A stretch of DNA of 59,948 nt, the filler included, from Globobulimina sp. (taxonomy: Eukaryota), in assembly GCA_003354225.1 (NCBI GenBank). It is 10 parts of 10 records of this genome, joined end to end, with 100 filler letters (N's around TTAATTAATTAA, not from the genome) between each part and the next. Parts side by side here need not be neighbours in the genome. Positions count along the whole stretch, not along the records: positions 42,061 to 47,957 come from PIVH01000408.1; positions 48,058 to 53,953 come from PIVH01000409.1; positions 54,054 to 59,948 come from PIVH01000410.1; 7 more parts are not named here. One strand, written 5' to 3'. Under the pieces are notes generated by a model. That model had not been told where the DNA came from. It did no database searches and worked only from the letters and a program-made list of their open reading frames with translations. Below are positions 44,114-56,199 of the stretch, piece after piece. The translations under genes and the position numbers were made by a program. Each line of letters starts with the position of its first letter. Positions within the stretch are counted from its first letter, which is position 1.

Positions 44114-45811
44114 ATGTCTGGCTTTAATTTTGAGACTTGGTTGCAACAAAATAACATTCATGATCTAGATGTCAAACAAGCACTAATTGAGCATAATATG
44201 ACTACATTACAGAATTTATCACTGCAGAATACAAATCTCGGCGCATTTCTCACAGATTCTCGATTAATTACTAAAAGAGATATGGTTCAATCCATTATTG
44301 TTGCAATTCAGACATTTGATAAACAGAAGAATACGCAATCAAATGATATATATATTATGCCATCACCAAAAGAACACGAAGCTATGGCACAAATACAAGA
44401 ATATACGGATTTTATGCATGACCTAAAACACGAATTGACTCAAACACACAACAAATACAAAAGTGCGAAAATTTCAAATAACAATGCAGTTGAAAGAAAA
44501 CATAAGAAATTTTGCGATGAATTGAAAAAGATTCAATGTGAAATCAGCCAACAATTAAATCGATTAAATACAAAATTAAATGAAAAAGAATGTGAATTAA
44601 AGCAAGAAATCCAACAACATACAAATAAGACAACTGATTTTAATCATGAGTTTATGTTAAAGCATGAAAAAGAAACCAAAGAAATTGATGAAACACGAAA
44701 ACATTACGCAATGAGCATCCATAAAGCAATAAAAAATTATAAAAATAAAATTGTTGAATGTAAGAATATCATAAAAAATCACAGTATAAACAGTGAGAGT
44801 GAATATGGTGAATATCATGGATCGTCCAACAATGTGGAACGCGAGAAAAAAATTGCTGAAATTGGACAGGATGAAAAAAAGCATTATGATGCTGCAATTA
44901 AAGAAATTGACATTGATAAACAAAAAATTGATGCGTTTTTCCAACAAGATTTGCAATTAAAAATAGGAAATATTAGCTATTATATGCATGTAAACAAGGA
45001 ATTGTACCAAGGCATTGCAAATAATATCAATTCATTGTGTCATCGCTATAATATCAATTCACATATATCTCAAAGGAAAGAACTGCAAATTACTGTCAAC
45101 AAACAAAAACAAGAAATAATATCATTAAACAAAGAAATTAAACAACTTACTAACAAATTAGACAAAGGTCTATACAGAAAAAGCACTGATTATATTCGAC
45201 CGTTTAAATTATGGGATTCAAAATTATGGAATGTGATATCGACTGTAAATAAAAGAGTGATATCGATACAGGCAAAACACACAAACTATCACTCATCGAA
45301 ATCGTCAATGCTTGTTGCGGATTGTGAGCGTATTAATGGATATAATGAAGGTGTTCATAAATGGTCAGTACAACAAACAAATGCTGGTCAATCACTCATA
45401 AATGGTGAGGGAATTCGAAGTATGATAGTTCCCCCGGAGGTGGTTCGAAGTATTGGTGTAATATCACCCCGCCGTGGTTTGAAGAATATATCTTTGGTAT
45501 TGGCAGATGGTGCAAAATGGGGTAATACGGGCCCTCATTTTGATGGACAATCTGGAAATCCCATATGGGGCTATAATCAAACGATGAGTGTTGTATTGAA
45601 TTGTACTGGAATTGAATGGAAAGTATTGTTTTATAAAACTGAATGGAATTGGAACGACTCAGGTTTGGGTTGCAAGACAACACTCGTAAAACAAGATTGT
45701 ATCGCAAAGAATAGATCTTATTATTTTGCTTTAGTTATTAACCCAAGTGTAGTTGATGTGGATCTACGTTATATGTCTGTAAAAACGCCAAAAGCGTGTA
45801 AAAATGTTTAA
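44114..45811 (+). CDS. SAM-like + coiled-coil + SPRY/B30.2-like protein
   Basis: WLQQNNI...HNMTTLQNLSLQN; long coiled coil; C-terminal GYNEGVHKWSV...SIGVIS...MSVVLNC...VLFYK...SYYFAL. Confidence 0.65.
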   Translation: MSGFNFETWLQQNNIHDLDVKQALIEHNMTTLQNLSLQNTNLGAFLTDSRLITKRDMVQSIIVAIQTFDKQKNTQSNDIYIMPSPKEHEAMAQIQEYTDFMHDLKHELTQTHNKYKSAKISNNNAVERKHKKFCDELKKIQCEISQQLNRLNTKLNEKECELKQEIQQHTNKTTDFNHEFMLKHEKETKEIDETRKHYAMSIHKAIKNYKNKIVECKNIIKNHSINSESEYGEYHGSSNNVEREKKIAEIGQDEKKHYDAAIKEIDIDKQKIDAFFQQDLQLKIGNISYYMHVNKELYQGIANNINSLCHRYNINSHISQRKELQITVNKQKQEIISLNKEIKQLTNKLDKGLYRKSTDYIRPFKLWDSKLWNVISTVNKRVISIQAKHTNYHSSKSSMLVADCERINGYNEGVHKWSVQQTNAGQSLINGEGIRSMIVPPEVVRSIGVISPRRGLKNISLVLADGAKWGNTGPHFDGQSGNPIWGYNQTMSVVLNCTGIEWKVLFYKTEWNWNDSGLGCKTTLVKQDCIAKNRSYYFALVINPSVVDVDLRYMSVKTPKACKNV

Positions 45812-45970
45812 TTTTGTAAAATATTTTGTTTTGTTTTTTTAATGTAATTTGACTGTTTAGGTTCACTTCTTTTGTGATTTGCAAATCGTTTCTGGTATAA
45901 TTGAATAAAATGTATACAACTTAAGTTTTTTAACCTTACTCAAAAACACAGTTGAAAACTATTTGGAAGC

Positions 45971-47297
45971 ATGTCTTTGCAATTGACACTTGGTTTTTAT
46001 TTGATAATTTCATCAAATAACGGGGAGAAATTACGAGCTGAATTCGAGCAAAGTATTGAAACTCATTGGAATGACACCGTTTCAATGTTTTTAACTGTTG
46101 ATACAACAACAAACATTGTTGACATTATTATGACAGGTCCATATGGCCAATGGTTTGGAATAGGTTTTGGTTCATCTATGATGAACAACACATATGCCAT
46201 AGTAGTGTCAGATTTTGATATAATTGAGGAGTTTATAGTTACAGAGTACAAGCTCTCTAAAGGTGAAGCAGGCAGTATATGTACGGCCGGTGGTTGCGAC
46301 CTCACTCCATTTTGTTGTAAAACATATCTAATTGAAGTATATGAAGGTTATGTTGTCGATGGTGGAAGAACAGTAACACTGCAACGGAATCGTACTGGAG
46401 AAACAGATGACCATTACACATTCCCTGATACTGCTACAAATATTGATATTATTTGGGCATTTGGTCATCAGTCAGGTAATACTTATGCATATCATGGGAC
46501 TGCGGAAGAAAAAGCTCGTGGATGTATGTTTACTTTTGGTTGGAACGCTGAATTTTATATATATATATATATTATATACAGCAAGCACAATATATCTCGG
46601 TCCAACAATGCGTCCAACACCAAATCCAACTACAGAAGAGTTTCAATATTTTGATAGTGTAGAAAAAGAGTGTAATTTCTTTAATCGTGATTATAATGGA
46701 CCAATGGCAACGGATACATGTTTGAAAAGTGTTGATTATGGTTCGACTATGATGGATTCAACGATTTATGAATGTGATGCTGAGACGAATTCGAATTCAG
46801 TGATTGCAAAAGCATTTTGGTGCAATGGTGAAAATTGTGTTGGAACTGTTGATAATTGCGCAGAAAAGGGATTATTGGATGCTGCAATATATTCAACACT
46901 TGACGGATATGACGCAAATTATGCAAAATGGAATTGTTTGGGAAGGAATGATTGTGATAAATTAACAGTTAAATATGAATGTTGTTTTCAAAATAGTTGT
47001 TATGGAGGTGATACTGCTGATAAATATGAAACAACATATATGCAAAATATGTGTTGGAGTCAACATGAAACAGGAATTGTGTTACATTGTGAAAATGATC
47101 AGTTAATAATTGATCAGTATAACTATGCAAACTGTACTGAATTAGTTAGTTCTGAGCCATATGATAAAGAATTACATTTTGATGTGACAGGTTGGGAAAG
47201 TACATGGTGTGATAAATTTTCATATGTTTGTAGTAGTGTTAAAGGGAAATGTGCTACGATAGCGTTTTGGTGTTTGTTTTTATGCTTAATTCATTAG
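45971..47297 (+). CDS. Secreted DOMON-domain protein with PT linker and Cys-rich region, possibly GPI-anchored; exons 45971-46523 and 46582-47297 (422 aa)
   Basis: GQWFGIGFGSSMMNNTYAIVV...RTVTLQR...IIWAFG...AYHG is the DOMON pattern with Met/His heme ligands; a 58-nt GT-AG intron joins the frames; hydrophobic C-terminus. Confidence 0.8.
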
Positions 47298-47322
47298 TTT
47301 GATATAAATTCCTTTAAAATAC

Positions 47323-47955
47323 TCAAAATGAAAAATATTTATCATCTTTCAGGTAGATTTGAAAAGACTCACTCATATCTTGCAATATTTGAAACAATTT
47401 TGCTTTTCCGTCACAATCAATATTCAAATGTTTCACCAATTCATCCGCACCAATTCCATTGGCTGCATTACTCACTACTTTCTGAACCACCATACTATTC
47501 ACTTCAACTCGCTGACCAACATCAATCCGATTCTTTTCATCAACATTATCCACACATTTATTCTCTCCATATTTCATCATTCTCGCTCTTGCCCCAAAAT
47601 CAACGCCCGACAAATCCATCAATCGACGCGTAATGACACCAAATCTAACTCCAAAATGCTGTCTCAATGGTGTCACACAACAGTCCCTATTCTCAAATAA
47701 ACACAAATCCTCTGCAACACTCCACTCTTTATCCTCGAGCTCATATTCAGCCAATCCATCCGACACTAAATGCTCTCCAAGACATTTAATTTTATGTCGT
47801 CCAAATTCTCCAATTATGTCTGCCAATCTTTCGTGATTTTTATTATGTGTATCACGCAAATGAGCCAACCGGCCCATGACTGCACTCTCCTTTCTTCCAA
47901 ATGCCTTCGCAATGATTATCACACATACATGTCTCTGTTGCCATAGCTTTTCATC
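47323..47955 (-). CDS. 5'-truncated protein with Myb/SANT-like repeats and a winged-helix-like C-terminus
   Basis: DEKLWQQR...IAKAFGRKESAVMGRL; WSVAEDLCL; C-terminal GIGADELVKHL...LFQILQDMSESFQIY. Confidence 0.45.
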   Translation of the reverse strand, partial: DEKLWQQRHVCVIIIAKAFGRKESAVMGRLAHLRDTHNKNHERLADIIGEFGRHKIKCLGEHLVSDGLAEYELEDKEWSVAEDLCLFENRDCCVTPLRQHFGVRFGVITRRLMDLSGVDFGARARMMKYGENKCVDNVDEKNRIDVGQRVEVNSMVVQKVVSNAANGIGADELVKHLNIDCDGKAKLFQILQDMSESFQIYLKDDKYFSF

Positions 47956-48057
47956 ATNNNNNNNNNNNNNNNNNNNNNNNNNNNNNNNNNNNNNNNNNNN
48001 NTTAATTAATTAANNNNNNNNNNNNNNNNNNNNNNNNNNNNNNNNNNNNNNNNNNNN

Positions 48058-48480
48058 CAAATACCAATCTTTTGACTCTGTGGACGGATTAATAATACTT
48101 TGCCATTTATTATCTTTCATAGAACCGTTCCATTTTATCATATAAAATAATAACCAATACCGACTGGCTGACATTGCAAAGTTTGTAATTAATAATGGTG
48201 TGGTTACTGTGGATTGTACATATCCGATAAAGATAAACCGAGCACCATTACCAAAATATGATGGAACGGATATTGTTTGAAATATAAATGAACCGATCCA
48301 TAAACTTAATAATTGAACTAATAACATTCGTGGTTTACGTTTAACAATAAATAATGAAAAACGGTGCTTCCAAAATTTGACAAACCAGTAAATATCTAAT
48401 GGGAGAATAATACATTGCACAAATACCCATGATAACACGCAAATAACTTCAATTGCGAGGTAAGGCACGGAACTTGTCAT
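48058..48480 (-). CDS. Multi-TM membrane protein N-terminus (possibly 7TM-RGS type), 3'-truncated
   Basis: Three TM segments, with KRKP after TM1 and SRYWLLFY after TM3. Confidence 0.5.
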
Positions 48481-48595
48481 GCTTTAATTGTAGTAAACAT
48501 ACACAGACTTGACTTCAGTCTTCAGAGCTAGTGAAAATGTGAGAGTCGTTTCTGGGAACAGTTTAGATGAAAGTGCGATGATTTTGGCTTTGTCT

Positions 48596-50186
48596 CTAAT
48601 CCGAGTCACTATCACTGTCCATATCATCGCTACACATTTCACACAAAATATCCAAATAATCCTTTTCTAAAAATGATAAATCTTCCCTTGCTTCAGCAAA
48701 TTCAGCTTCTTCCATTCCTTCAGCAACATACCAATGAACAAATGCTCTCTCATTATACATTAAATCATATTTTTTTGATATTCTTTGCTGCAATACTCTT
48801 GAGATAGATGTGTTATTACCAATCATTGTTATATGTCGCTCACAAAAAGCCATATCATCATCCTGTAATATTTGCAATGCTTCATCGTATAAACCAATTT
48901 TAAATCCAGTCGGACACCATTCAACAAATGTCATTTTCTTATTAGTTTTGAGCCAAGGTACAGTCGCATTCGCTTCCTTTACTCTTATATCTCCTCGATA
49001 TATCTCACAAATTGCCATATATTTATCTTCTTCATTATCAAAATCATCTATTTTAACCCAAAAATCTTCAAAACGGTAACATGACTCTGTTATTTCTTGA
49101 ATATTGCACTGTTTTGTTTCAATAAGTTGTTTGGACCAAACTGGTCCCATTGATTCTATCATAAAATGTAATCTTGGAAACGGAACTAAACTGTTTTTCA
49201 ATGTATATAATACCCAAAGCAAGAAAAAAAAGAAACATAATTTCATATAAAAATGTAAAATAACTTTGTTACAATCTCATTCAAATCAGAATGAATATCA
49301 CCTTCGTATCTTTAAATATAATTAAATCAAAGTTATGATCGGAATTAGCAAAAACAATAACAGCATATAATTGTACTGTACCTTAATCCAACAGTCATTG
49401 AAGACAATGCTTTGCAAACTAATTTATTTATATTGCTATATGACGGTCTATCAATTTGTAACTTCCTTTGACAAATTCCATAAATTGCTTCGTTATCCAA
49501 TACCAATGATACTTCGGTATGATCCAATAAATAATGAGTAGTTAGTAATGAGTTATATGGTTCAACAACACATGTCGACATTGTTATGGATGGATAAATA
49601 TGAAATCCAATTTTACATTTTTTTGTATAATCATTTGTTAAATTGGTTAATATCAACGAGCCTAAACCTGCAGAAAAACGATGTTGGTCATACATGTACA
49701 GTATATATAAAAAGAAGAGTGGTTAAAACCTGATCCCGTTCCACCAGAAACACTATGCGTCATTATAAATCCTTGTATATTCTCGCAATCCTCTACCAAT
49801 TTGCGGATTGTTTCATTAATGGTATCAATCAGACTGCTGCCGATTGAATAGTATCCTCTCGCAAAATTATTAGCTGCATCTTGTTTCCCTTTGATTAAAA
49901 AGTTTGGATTAAATATATTTTTATAAGCACTTGTGTTGACATCGTCGATCACATTTGGTTCAGTGTCAATAAATACATTTCTGGGCACAAATTGTCCGGA
50001 TTGCGTTTGTTGATAAAAACATCGAAATGTCTGGTCTGCGTTTATTTGTTTTGTTGGACCCATTTTTATGTAGCTTCCACATTCCCCATCTTTTGAGATA
50101 TTATGTTCTGCGCAATATTGTTTCCATGTTTGATAACCTAATTGAATGCCGCATTGACCTAGACCTAGTGATAATATTTCACGCAT
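48596..50186 (-). CDS. Divergent alpha-tubulin (retarian alpha2-like); exons 50186-49730, 49667-49382, 49309-49265, 49190-48596; 460 aa
   Basis: MREI, DAANNFARG, GGTGSG, VVEPYN, DNEAIY, DLNE..TNLVPFPRLHF, EWCPTGFKIG, RAFVHWYV.EGMEE; three GT-AG introns (62, 72, 74 nt) give 1383 nt in frame. Confidence 0.93.
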
Positions 50187-50277
50187 TTTCGTTCAAGTAT
50201 TAAAGCATGGCCGAGTCACGGTCAATATAGCCGTAATCAAGTCGAAATACGCAAACTGCGGAGAGAAATGGTTTAGA
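50183..50277 (+). pseudogene. Internally deleted mini-copy of the adjacent coiled-coil gene
   Basis: 50183-50244 matches 50381-50441; the next pieces match 51052-51066 and 51090-51111. Confidence 0.8.
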
Positions 50278-50404
50278 AATTAATCATACTGCTACAAATT
50301 GAATATCATCAATGACAAATTGAATGATTGAGTTTGTTGATAAAAACATTTGTTTTATTTCAAGTGAAGTTTTTGTAATAGCATTTTCGTTGAAGTATTC
50401 AAGC

Positions 50405-53400
50405 ATGGCGAGTTACGGTCAATATAGCCGTAATCAAGTCGCCTCAGAAGAGGCAGCAGACGCATTGGAACAGTCCATATTTGACAGCGATCACTTGTTT
50501 CAAAAATATAGAGAGGAATTGTCGCCTTTACTGCAAGAAGCCGAATTGCGTTTAGATGAAGGCGGTCTAAAGAAATTCAGCAAAATCGAAAACATATTGA
50601 AGACCCATGTGAGTCGATGGTATTCGTTAAACAAAAACCTGTGTGAGATGGCGCTTAATTTTCGTACGCATTATAACCACATCAATGTGAAATTAGACTC
50701 ATTAAAAGTCGAAATCGAGGAAAGAGACAAAATCATACGGACTCAGAGGAAGGACTTTGAAAATGAGAAACAAGACTACGAGAACCAATTAAAAGTGTTA
50801 GAATCTGCCTTAGCTGACTCCATTCCGCGCAATAAATCCTCGCTACTCTCCAAATATGATATGGATGAATCGGATGAATCGTACCAATTAACGCAAAGCA
50901 AGAAAGACTTAAAAATGCAACAACAGCAATATAGCAAAGTAAAAGTGGAAAACAAGCGCTTGACTCAAAATATAAAGATTTTAAAAGCAAATTCCAACGA
51001 TTTCCAACAAACATTAATGAATTTAAACAACGAGATCGCCAAAAAAGAGGACGAAATACTCAAACTACGCTGGTTAACGCAAGACTTAGCTGCGGAGAGA
51101 AATGGTTTAGAGCTCAAAGTGCAGCAACACTCCAAAGACCCAAATTTCACATCGGTGACACCCCAAAGACAAATGGAATATGGCGTCGATTTGAGCAAAT
51201 ATTTGGATGATGATGCTGAGGATTTAAGTGACGATGCCGCTGAGAATGGATTATTATCCCTCGAAATGTCGGACGATGCCGATATTAATCCACAGGTAAC
51301 TCCCAACTCTCTCCTCGCCTCTCTCAATGGCGCATAATCGCAATATTCAGGTTGCTGCCAAATTGGCAGAAGCACTCGAAGCGGTGAAGAAAGTGACACA
51401 GTTTGCCAATGACAGGGATAACGATGCGAGGAAGTTAGAATCTGACAAGGTTTATATTTTACATTTTCTGTCTTCTACACTGCATTTTAAGTGCACTCTG
51501 AATCAATCCATCCACGCAAGAAATAACCAAACGTATTTGTGTGGTTTCATGTGTGATTTTTTTTGTGTCCGACTCTGTATAATTGCCCAGATGAGCTCTC
51601 ACCATATTTTCTTCTTTCTTTTTTTCATGAATTTGAGCGTGATGTAATTGCACATTTTGATATGGAAAATTAAATAAAAACCCCTGTATTTGGAAATTAT
51701 AAACGATATAAACATTTAATAACGAAAATTGGTTTGTTTTTATATTTTTTTTCTTTATTCGACCATACAAAAACAAAAAAAGAAAGAAAGGACAACGAAA
51801 ACGTGGTGTATTTTGTATATATATTTTCTCTCCATTTCCCATTCTTAACATAAATAACACATATTTCTACATAAAAAATACCACACAAATACAAGTAATC
51901 CCCCTTTCTTTTTTTCATTTTGTTTTCAACTGCAAAATACCAACAAATGTGCTTTTTGCATCTATACAGCTACCCAATGATGATCATCCCCGCCCAAACA
52001 TACCCAAACCACCGCATTACAACCATCCAAAACCAGCCGCATCATCAAAACCATCCGTAAACGAATTATACTCCAATTTCGAGCAAATGAAACGCCTCCA
52101 AGGTACCGCACACACTCTCCATATCTATGCGAAATTGCGTCTACAATACACACATTACCCCACACCACAGATTCATCGCCATCCGACGCACACACTCTCC
52201 TCTCCCAAATGGGCGGTTTCAACGGCTTAACCACTTACATTGCCACCAACGACGACCACTACTCCTCCATGCTCCGCCGCATAGAGTCGCACATCGGGCA
52301 TGGAACCGCGTGCATCGACTCCATCACCAAATGCATCTCGCACTTCACCGACGATGAAAAGCACACCGCCACACTCAACAAATCACACTCGACGCTCGTC
52401 ACGACCTTGCGCACAAACTCCGACTCTTTGATCTCTATCCTCAACCACATCATAACAGAGTTGCACTCTGCGTCGGATTACATCCACAGCGACCACAAGA
52501 AAGTGGAGTTGCTGCATCATCAGATGAAGGAATTGGAGCTCACCATGCCGTACATGGAAAGCACACAATTGGCCATTTTGAACACACTGCCTTCGTTTTT
52601 GAAGCTGGAATTGAATAAAATCAAACGATCCAATCGCATTCGGACCAAACAAGAGGAGCACGAAATGGACATTGAAGAGGAGAAACAGCGGCAATTGAAC
52701 TTCGATAACTCGCTGTCCCGCGTCGAAATGCTGAATATATCCATCAAAGAGAAGACGGACATCATTAAGAACGGCCTGCGTAGCAATTTAGAGCAATCGC
52801 AGACCGATCCCAAGGCGTTTGCGCAGTACTTGCAACAGATCGATATCGCCTGCGATCAGATTAGCGAATATACGTTGACTTTGGACGACGAGTTTCATTT
52901 TACGCGCGAATATATCCATCCGTCGCAAGCGGCGCTCATCGCGGTGGTGAACCAGTACAATAACTTGCAAATTGAATGCGAGCAATTGCAGAAAATGCTG
53001 AGTGTGAAGCAGGGTGAGATCAATGCGTACGAAGAGATGAAAAATTCGCGCCGTACACCGCCTGGATTGAAGGTGAAGGATGCAACGCAATCACAGCCAC
53101 AGCCGCACATACAAGCACGCGATGAATCGTTTCAGTTTGATGATATCGAGACGGATTTTATGAATTTCGAGAAATATGCGGCGCAGTCTCAGGTCGACGA
53201 CGCCAAGCAAGCGCAGGATAGACTGGACAGTGACGGCAATGGCGATGCTTTGATACCGAAAATCAATGACATATTATCGCAGTTTAAGTACAAAGCGGGT
53301 GTGGTTCAGGCGAAGATAAAAAATAACTACGAGCTGTCCAATGATTTCAATTTAATGATGGAGCTAATTGACGAGTTGCGTACACATTTGATGCGCGCCA

Positions 53401-53953
53401 AACAAGTGATGGGTCCGGATAGCAAATACATTGCCCGATTGGAGAAGCGCTACATCCAAATCATGGGTTTGTATCAGATGAAATATGCGGAGGTGGAGCA
53501 TAAATCCGATTTATTGTACCAATCTGACCAATATATCAATGACTTGAAGGAGGATATTAGCGATTTGGACTATCGTTTGGGTGCGGTGATGTCCTCTGCA
53601 GTGAGCAATGTGGAGACTCGGATGGCTGCCTTCAACGAGATGGGGATTAAGATCCAGACCTTCCAGAAGGTGTTGAAATTGATCGACGACACGTACTCCA
53701 ATATACAACAGGCGTGCCAGGACATACAGGAGTCGGTGGAGAAGGACCTGTATGATATTATCGGCGAGAGCTTCAATGAGAAGCAGCAGCAGGACACGAT
53801 GGGGATGTTAGGCAATGTGGCGCATGCTTGCGATTACATATTGAAGGCGTTTGATGATATTGGCCAGGAAATGGACGGGGTGGCACAGTTTGTGCATCCG
53901 GACAGGGAAATGTGCGAACAATTGCAATTAGAATTGATTGCGATGTATGAGAA
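50405..53953 (+). CDS. Large coiled-coil protein, 3'-truncated; exons 50405-51295, 51351-51449, 51970-52102, 52171 to contig end
   Basis: GT-AG introns of 55, 520 and 68 nt join four ORF segments in frame; E/K/Q/L-rich heptad composition. Confidence 0.75.
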
Positions 53954-54053
53954 NNNNNNNNNNNNNNNNNNNNNNNNNNNNNNNNNNNNNNNNNNNNTTA
54001 ATTAATTAANNNNNNNNNNNNNNNNNNNNNNNNNNNNNNNNNNNNNNNNNNNN

Positions 54054-54371
54054 ATCGAAGGTACATATAATCTCTAATATAATATCAATGTCCCTCACAA
54101 TAACATTTTCCATGTCTTTTAATTCAAATTCGTTTAATAAGCGAATAAATTCAAGTGCACCTTGTTTGTGTCCAATATATGCACTCTCTGTTTCCATTGC
54201 GTGCCTTAATTGACTTCCAATTCTCCATTGCGATACAACTGAAATTGGATATGGTGGATAATTTTCATTATTGATAATTTCATCAAATTCAATTAATTCT
54301 GGATGTTGCTGCTCTGGATCATACAGTGCCATGTTTCTTATTCCAAAACAAGTAATTCTCTTGCAAGTCAA
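54054..54371 (-). CDS. Hypothetical protein N-terminus, 3'-truncated
   Basis: Open frame to the contig start with protein-like composition; preceded by a short (CTAA)n repeat. Confidence 0.4.
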
Positions 54372-54583
54372 AGCATGACTAACTAACTAACTAACTAACT
54401 TTGTGTCTGTCTGTGTGCTGATTCGGTGCTTCTTCCACAAGATTGTGAAATATTTGATAATTTACGGAGTTTTGATTTTTATCACAGTTTTTGGTGTTGA
54501 ATTTGGTAGGATGTGTACCTGCGTAAATAAAAGAACATAAAACATTAGTGATTAGTGAGTAAGTTTGCATATAAATAGGTCAC

Positions 54584-56092
54584 CTAAAATAACAATCTCG
54601 ATTGGCGGATTGTAGCATCAGACCGTGCTGGCTGTGATTGTGAACTATGTCTTTTATTTTGCCAAACCAACCGCAATAACCAATCCTTGGCATATCTCGG
54701 AGTCGAATATGTATTCAAATATACTGGACACGCATTAAAACAAAATAGCGCAAAAATTGAATATTTCAATCCATGATAACCAGCAAAATTGATATCATTC
54801 CTCGCATAATATTCAATATGAATTGTTCCAAAATACACTAAATTCGACAATACAATAAATGCATACAACACAATGGTTAAAATGAATTGAATTGGCGACG
54901 ATGCCCTATATCCAAACACATGAAAGAATTGTTTCACAGTCACAGTTTGATAAATTAACAGTAAACATATCACGTAATACCTCAAATGTGTATGAGGTCG
55001 TAGATATCGGTAAGGTTTCATACAACATATTAGATACAACATTATCGTGCCATTGAGTCCCATATTAAATGCAATGCACCATCTCATCCACACATTATTA
55101 TCCATCAAATATGACGCAAACCGCATCTGTTTTAAAAACGAAAGCTCGTAATAATGCATACATAATACGGCCAATGAAGCAGTGTAGCTCAGCATAACAA
55201 TCAGAAATGTACAGTTAAATATTTTGCAGGAAAAACACCGCTTAATACCTAGCGTCACAGTCACAAACCAGGCGGGAAATATAATGAGTTGGAGCATAAT
55301 ATAAAATGTTCGCAGTGAGTCAAAAGTAAGTTCCTTTTCAACGCTGCATACGGTGACAATTCCAGTGGCAACAAAAAAAAGAGCTACATACTTTTCAACA
55401 CACAATTTCCAAATATCATTGCCTTGATATTGATCCTGGCAAGTTACGATGAGCAAATTATACCATTTCTGAATGCCGATGAACTTCTCGTTGTGATATG
55501 TGTGCGTTGTGTCGTTGCGGCATTTTGTTTTGTATTTGGCAGTCAGTAATATTGCATTCAATGCAACGTTTTGAGATAGACGAATTTGATAAATATTACC
55601 TATAATATGGAAGAGAGTGACCGTGCTCAATGTCAATGATAAATTGAACAAACAGTTGGTATAATATCGGGAATTGATGTGAGTGCATGTAATATAAACA
55701 ACGAGTGAATGTATGTAGAAAACGAGAAACATTTCAACAAATCCAAACAACAATGGGGCAATGTAGATGTTTTTGCATTCTTTTGAGGTTAATTCCATCC
55801 AATTCTGTGTGAATGTGTCTGTCTTTTCTGCGCGAGATTTTTTGTGGTTGCCATGGATGGATTCGATAACATCAAAAATTGTGGCTGGAATTGGGTTGTC
55901 TTTGGTGGAATAATATGCAGTGCAATAATGTCTTAAGGCTTTAAATAATTGTTTGTAAGACACTAAAGAATCAAAATAACTTTCTGTTGCCGCCTCGTTA
56001 TAAATATCAACAGTGTGCGGAAAGATTAAACGAGGAAAGGAAATACAACCAAATGCATGTAAAAACGTATAACAACATTTTTTGACTGACAT
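54584..56092 (-). CDS. Polytopic membrane protein of unknown function
   Basis: 502-aa ATG ORF with about 9 hydrophobic segments. Confidence 0.65.
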   Translation of the reverse strand: MSVKKCCYTFLHAFGCISFPRLIFPHTVDIYNEAATESYFDSLVSYKQLFKALRHYCTAYYSTKDNPIPATIFDVIESIHGNHKKSRAEKTDTFTQNWMELTSKECKNIYIAPLLFGFVEMFLVFYIHSLVVYITCTHINSRYYTNCLFNLSLTLSTVTLFHIIGNIYQIRLSQNVALNAILLTAKYKTKCRNDTTHTYHNEKFIGIQKWYNLLIVTCQDQYQGNDIWKLCVEKYVALFFVATGIVTVCSVEKELTFDSLRTFYIMLQLIIFPAWFVTVTLGIKRCFSCKIFNCTFLIVMLSYTASLAVLCMHYYELSFLKQMRFASYLMDNNVWMRWCIAFNMGLNGTIMLYLICCMKPYRYLRPHTHLRYYVICLLLIYQTVTVKQFFHVFGYRASSPIQFILTIVLYAFIVLSNLVYFGTIHIEYYARNDINFAGYHGLKYSIFALFCFNACPVYLNTYSTPRYAKDWLLRLVWQNKRHSSQSQPARSDATIRQSRLLF

Positions 56093-56199
56093 GATTGAAA
56101 ATACTTATCAGCGCAAATTTGGGTACACCAAGTTTTGCCTAATAAAATGAAGAAGTTTGAGGTACATCTTACTGTTTTTTGCAGAAAACATTTCATTGA

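Noticed and set aside
5918-54053. Regularly spaced TTAATTAATTAA motifs flanked by Ns, about every 6 kb
   Set aside because: Artificial concatenation linkers. Adjacency of genes across them has no biological meaning, so no cross-contig gene cluster was inferred.
54378-54400. (CTAA)n tract as a possible telomere-like repeat
   Set aside because: Only about five units, internal to the contig; an ordinary microsatellite.
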